A DNA stretch of 10,376 nt, taken from an uncultured Thermococci archaeon. Its GTDB lineage: Archaea > CAYQAE01 > CAYVLA01. The translations under genes were made by a program, and so were the position numbers. The notes below the pieces were generated by a model. It was not told the origin of the DNA, ran no database searches, and saw nothing but the letters and a program-made list of their open reading frames with translations. The stretch is taken from positions 1 through 10,376 of the forward strand of contig CAZJVP010000014.1 of the NCBI GenBank assembly GCA_964549615.1, given 5' to 3'. Below, in pieces: positions 7,136 through 10,376 of this stretch (position 1 is its first letter; the number at the start of each line of letters is the position of its first letter).

Positions 7136-7900
7136 CTAGCGCACCAAAGGCAGGCTTTCGCCCTTGGACTCGGCAACGATCAGCCGCTTCCGAGGGCGCG
7201 CGCCGACTCGCGTCGCGCTTACCAGCTCGGCGGCCCCGACGACCGAGGCCCGCCGGAACTCTTCCCACGCCCTGTCGAACTCGGCGATCGTTTCCTCGGT
7301 CTTGGGGTGCATCGGCATCTGGACGAGTATCTTGTACGGGATCGTCACAATATGTGCCCCTGCGACCCCGGCCTGGACGACGTCCATCGGGTCGCGGATG
7401 CTCCCCGCGATGATGCGGGTCTTGGACCCATCCCAGTCCAAGAGCTGCCTGGACTGGGTGATCACACGCTCGGGGTCATCCCCGTAGTCCCGAATGCGTC
7501 TGAAGAATATGCTTGCATAGGTCGCCCCTGCCTGCGCTGCCAAGAGCACCTGGTTTGGCGACATCAGGGCCGTCATATTGGTGCGGATGCCCTCCTTCTC
7601 CAGGATCGACACCGCCTCAAGGCCCCTGCCGTCCGAATACATCGGGATCTTGATGACGACCTGGCTTCCCCAGGATGCATACTCCCTTGCCTCCTCAATG
7701 AACTCTTCCAGGCTAGAGGATGTGACCTCAACGCTCACCGGCCCGTCGACCATGGACAGGATCGTCTCCATGTGCCGGCGGAAGTCGACCCCCTTCTCCC
7801 TCAGCAATATCTTCTGGTTGGTGGTCAGCCCGGATATGATTCCCCATGCCGATATCCGGCGTATCTCGTCCAGATTTGCCGTGTCCAGAAATATCTCCGT
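7136..7900 (-). CDS. tal: Small-type transaldolase (TalC/FSA family); expected start codon reads ACG
   Basis: Motifs EIFLDTAN, GLTTN, GPVSVEV, VVIKIP (Schiff-base Lys), TNMT, AGATYAS, AGSIR, GAHIVTIP and HPKT. Family similarity begins at ACG 7900, 6 nt after GGAGGT. The 96 upstream codons in the ORF track overlap another gene and look non-coding in this frame. Confidence 0.88.
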   Translation of the reverse strand, partial: TEIFLDTANLDEIRRISAWGIISGLTTNQKILLREKGVDFRRHMETILSMVDGPVSVEVTSSSLEEFIEEAREYASWGSQVVIKIPMYSDGRGLEAVSILEKEGIRTNMTALMSPNQVLLAAQAGATYASIFFRRIRDYGDDPERVITQSRQLLDWDGSKTRIIAGSIRDPMDVVQAGVAGAHIVTIPYKILVQMPMHPKTEETIAEFDRAWEEFRRASVVGAAELVSATRVGARPRKRLIVAESKGESLPLVR

Positions 7901-7901
7901 C

Positions 7902-8348
7902 TCACGACCTCCCGGCGTATCCGCAATCAAGCGAGGCGGAACCAAGGTACAGCACGACATCCCGCTGCCGTAGCCATCCCTGGACCCAGGGCGCCCAGCG
8001 AAAGACGCCATGCTCGGCGTAGGCCTGCAACCTCTGATTTGCAATCCTCGCCCCCTCAAGGAGCGCCCTCGAAATGAAGGATGGGCCCTTGCACGCCGCG
8101 CGCAGCGCCTCACAAACCGCCTTCGCAGCCTCCGAGACCATCCTGCGGATGGCCCCGTTCCTCTTGACCCTAGACACGAACCCCTCATCCCCCCTTCGAA
8201 CCACCCAGCTCACGACCTTCAAGGTCGCCCGATGGGCAACCTTCACGCGGTGCCAAACCTTGGCCCTGAGCGCCCTCCTGATCAGGTCGGGCGTATCGCT
8301 GATGTCGGGTTCCAAACGGCCTGCGTCATCGCTTACCATCCGGTGCAT
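7902..8348 (-). CDS. Hypothetical basic, helical protein (145-148 aa)
   Basis: Start is ATG 8348 or 8339, overlapping the end of the upstream small gene. The stop lies 1 nt before the transaldolase start position. LIRRALRAKVW...WLRQRDVVLYLG resembles an uncharacterised family of TACK archaea (from memory, unverified). Confidence 0.7.
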   Translation of the reverse strand: MHRMVSDDAGRLEPDISDTPDLIRRALRAKVWHRVKVAHRATLKVVSWVVRRGDEGFVSRVKRNGAIRRMVSEAAKAVCEALRAACKGPSFISRALLEGARIANQRLQAYAEHGVFRWAPWVQGWLRQRDVVLYLGSASLDCGYAGRS

Positions 8349-8538
8349 CCCTTCCCTGCCGGCCCGCTGGTCCCTTGGCCTCGCGCGCTTCGAAAACGCC
8401 AACCAAGCCACTGACCGCTCCGTCGAAGGTCTGAACCTCAAGGAGATGCTTGGCATGGCGGAGATCTTTGTGGGTGTCCGAGCTCAGCCCGATCGACAAC
8501 GCTTTTCTCCCGCCAGCCGCTTCTCCCCGAGCATCCAT
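8326..8538 (-). CDS. Small putative ribbon-helix-helix DNA-binding protein (70 aa)
   Basis: ATG 8538 follows GCGGTG. The core RKALSIGLSSDTHKDLRHAKHLLEVQTFDGAVSGLVGVFE has the strand-helix-turn-(T/S)FD-helix pattern of archaeal RHH/antitoxin-like proteins. It is the first gene after the putative promoter. Confidence 0.55.
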   Translation of the reverse strand: MDARGEAAGGRKALSIGLSSDTHKDLRHAKHLLEVQTFDGAVSGLVGVFEAREAKGPAGRQGRDAPDGKR

Positions 8539-8596
8539 ATCCAGCACCGCTGCAGAGGAAGCCGTGAGGACCAAGCATGCCCCGCGCACATGTGTC

Positions 8597-8613
8597 CCTA
8601 AAAATCTTTCGGG
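8597..8613 (-). promoter_or_regulatory. Putative archaeal BRE + TATA-like promoter of the operon
   Basis: The minus strand reads CCCGAAAGATTTTTAGG, a purine-rich BRE followed by a T/A box. It lies about 60 nt upstream of ATG 8538 in a locally AT-richer stretch. Confidence 0.5.
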
Positions 8614-9155
8614 TTGCAAAGAATGCTCAAGAAACGCGTATGGATTCATACCTAGAAGACGCGAAATCTATAGAATTGTGGATCGGACGTTGGACAAGAG
8701 ACATAGAGTCATTCGTGCATTAGAAATGATCCGCCCAAACCGTCAAGGATTCCAAGAAACTGATCCCGCGCCCATCGCGAGGCCGGAACCGAACGGGACT
8801 CGGGTGAGCAGCTCCTGCCGTTTTGACGTAATGCGCAGCTCGTCTCATCGTCCAAGACCCTTTCCGCCAGTCTTTCGATGGGAGCCCGATACCGCTAGGT
8901 CAACGTCCTCAAACAACATCCTGCGCTCTTCGGCAGAACCTGATCGCAAGATCCAGCCGGCCCAGAGAACCCGCAGGTAGGAGAGGGCTGGGCCGGCGAC
9001 TGGCCCTGCCCCGAATCTGCTCAAACCTTCAAGGCGCATCCAATGACGCGATCTCCCCCGCCGCAGTCCCGTCTCTACGGGATCTAGCTCCTAGCGGAGT
9101 TCTACGGCCCATTTCCGCGCCCCAACAAATCCCGGCCCCCAGGAAACCCTTTGCC

Positions 9156-10376
9156 TCACGCGAAAACAGACGCCGGGGTCGATCCTAGGAGCTGGTGGAT
9201 GGTCCCGTCCTTCTCCATCACCGCGACGCTGTTAAGCCCCCTCTGGCCGTAGATTCCCGTCGAACCCGTGTACTCCGGAACGTAGGGGATGCTTCCTGAC
9301 TTGGATTTCACCTCGATCCTGGACACCCTGGCGACGCGCCCGTTCACGGCCACCTTCAAGCCAACCCTTGGGATGAAGCCGTCGTTCACTATCCTTATCG
9401 CGTCCTCCCCCTCGACAAGCTCGAAGGAGATCGTCGTATCGGGCTTCTCGTAGTACGGGATCGGGCTTTGGTATCCCTCGCCCCCGGCCAGCCTCCTTTC
9501 GATCTCGGACCCCGCAGCGGCCAAAGCATCCCAGTAGGCCTCCTGCGACCCGTTCAGGACGAAGTCGCCCGAAAGCGTGGCAGGATCGGCCAAGAGGCTG
9601 TCGAACGGGAAGATCCAGAAGCCGTATGAGTTCGCCGCGCAGTAATAAGCCTCGGATTTGATCCTCTCCGGCGAGAGAAAGGCAAGCCAAAGCCCGGGCA
9701 GGTAGAACGCCTCGTAGCCCATCGACGGGAAGTACTGGACCATCTGCCCGGCCAGCGGCCCCCAGCCCTGCCCGTAGGTTGACTCGTCAAAGACCAGGGC
9801 CGGCATCTCGGGGGTGCCGAGCCCCTCCACAAGGCCGCGGTAGTACCAGTTGTGATCGTACAGAAGGAAGCCCAGAAGCATCTCGGGGTCGGCCGACCTC
9901 ACCCTCTCCCTCAGCCTCGCCGCGACCGACCTTGCCTCCTTTCGCAGGTATTCGTAGTACTCGGAAAGAAGCCCCTTCTCCTCAAGCCACCCCATCCGCC
10001 GATCCTTCTCCCTTGGAGCGCCGGAGGCGCCCGCCCTTCCGCCCAGAAAGCCGTCGTAGCAATCGTCGCAGAAGCAGCCGGAGTTGGAGTAGATGTGGGC
10101 TTTTTCGCTGTTGTACATCTCGGTATCCAGCACGAAGCCCGCGATGGGAACCTCCTCGGCAAGCTCGGCCAGCGCCATGGCCTGCGGCAGTATCGCCCTC
10201 TCCCAGTAGGACCAGTCCAGCGGGCAGGGCGCCGCCCTTGCCTCCCCATCGGCCGTCACGTAGCTCCGCGCCTCGACCGGCCTTCCAGCGTCCCGGGTGA
10301 AGTAGAAGACGGAGACGAAAAGCTTCACCCCGGCCTGGCGACACAGCTCGGCCTTGGCCTTTAAGTCAGCAACCTG
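9156..10376 (-). CDS. Hypothetical protein, glycoside hydrolase-like (putative TIM barrel with CxCxxC motif); 5' end lies beyond the right edge
   Basis: The frame is open to 10376 (QVADLKAKAELCRQAGVKLFVS...), so GTG 10328 is internal. Contains CPLDWSYW, GFVLDTEMY and GCFCDDC, is aromatic-rich, and ends in a beta-rich C-terminal segment. Coding status is well supported; the function is tentative. Confidence 0.65.
   Translation of the reverse strand, partial: QVADLKAKAELCRQAGVKLFVSVFYFTRDAGRPVEARSYVTADGEARAAPCPLDWSYWERAILPQAMALAELAEEVPIAGFVLDTEMYNSEKAHIYSNSGCFCDDCYDGFLGGRAGASGAPREKDRRMGWLEEKGLLSEYYEYLRKEARSVAARLRERVRSADPEMLLGFLLYDHNWYYRGLVEGLGTPEMPALVFDESTYGQGWGPLAGQMVQYFPSMGYEAFYLPGLWLAFLSPERIKSEAYYCAANSYGFWIFPFDSLLADPATLSGDFVLNGSQEAYWDALAAAGSEIERRLAGGEGYQSPIPYYEKPDTTISFELVEGEDAIRIVNDGFIPRVGLKVAVNGRVARVSRIEVKSKSGSIPYVPEYTGSTGIYGQRGLNSVAVMEKDGTIHQLLGSTPASVFA

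Noticed and set aside
7136-7900. Fructose-6-phosphate aldolase (fsa) call
   Set aside because: It has the Glu (SVEV) and Phe (SIF) of transaldolases rather than the Gln/Tyr of FSA.
6359-8077. 572-aa plus-strand ORF, the longest in the track
   Set aside because: It is antisense to hddA, the membrane protein and tal. The translation is Arg/Pro-rich with no motifs, typical of a high-GC shadow ORF.
7901-8188. 96-aa N-terminal extension or fusion on the transaldolase
   Set aside because: It overlaps the 7902-8348 gene and has Arg/Gly-rich off-frame composition. The family N-terminus and SD are at 7900-7912.
8539-8649. Upstream start (8649) for the RHH-like ORF
   Set aside because: The extension spans the promoter-like element, and ATG 8538 has the better SD.
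8781-8815. GAACC...GAGCAGC segment reminiscent of SRP RNA helix 8
   Set aside because: It lacks the AGG-NNN-GNRA-NNN-AGCA arrangement; there is no GNRA loop and the stem is imperfect.
1-10376. CRISPR array, tRNA/rRNA, transposase or long tandem repeats
   Set aside because: No regularly spaced repeats, cloverleaf with T-loop consensus, or transposase motifs were seen by eye.

Overview
Most of the window is one long, tightly coupled minus-strand operon (about 8540 down past position 1), most likely from a GC-rich archaeon. Archaeal origin is inferred from AglJ-/AglG-like glycosyltransferases, an archaeal-type GalE-like SDR, GGTG/GAGGTG ribosome-binding sites with many TTG/GTG starts, and a BRE/TATA-like promoter. 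Gene order in the direction of transcription: small ribbon-helix-helix-like protein, basic hypothetical protein, transaldolase, 2-TM small membrane protein, HddA, GmhA, GmhB, HddC-like nucleotidyltransferase, GalE-like SDR, AglJ-like GT2, a frameshifted GME/Fcl-like SDR, and an AglG-like GT2 that runs off the left edge. Together these form a complete predicted sedoheptulose-7-P to GDP-D-glycero-alpha-D-manno-heptose pathway, with its own precursor-supplying transaldolase, joined to dolichol-phosphate-type glycosyltransferases. Oddities include an ACG where the transaldolase start should be, a 1-nt frameshift at 1686-1687, variant active-site motifs in GmhA and in the GME-like SDR, and a possible structured RNA at 9045-9121. 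A 5'-truncated glycoside-hydrolase-like gene with a CxCxxC motif occupies the right end. No rRNA, tRNA, CRISPR array or transposase was recognised. All family calls come from motif recognition by eye, not from database searches.
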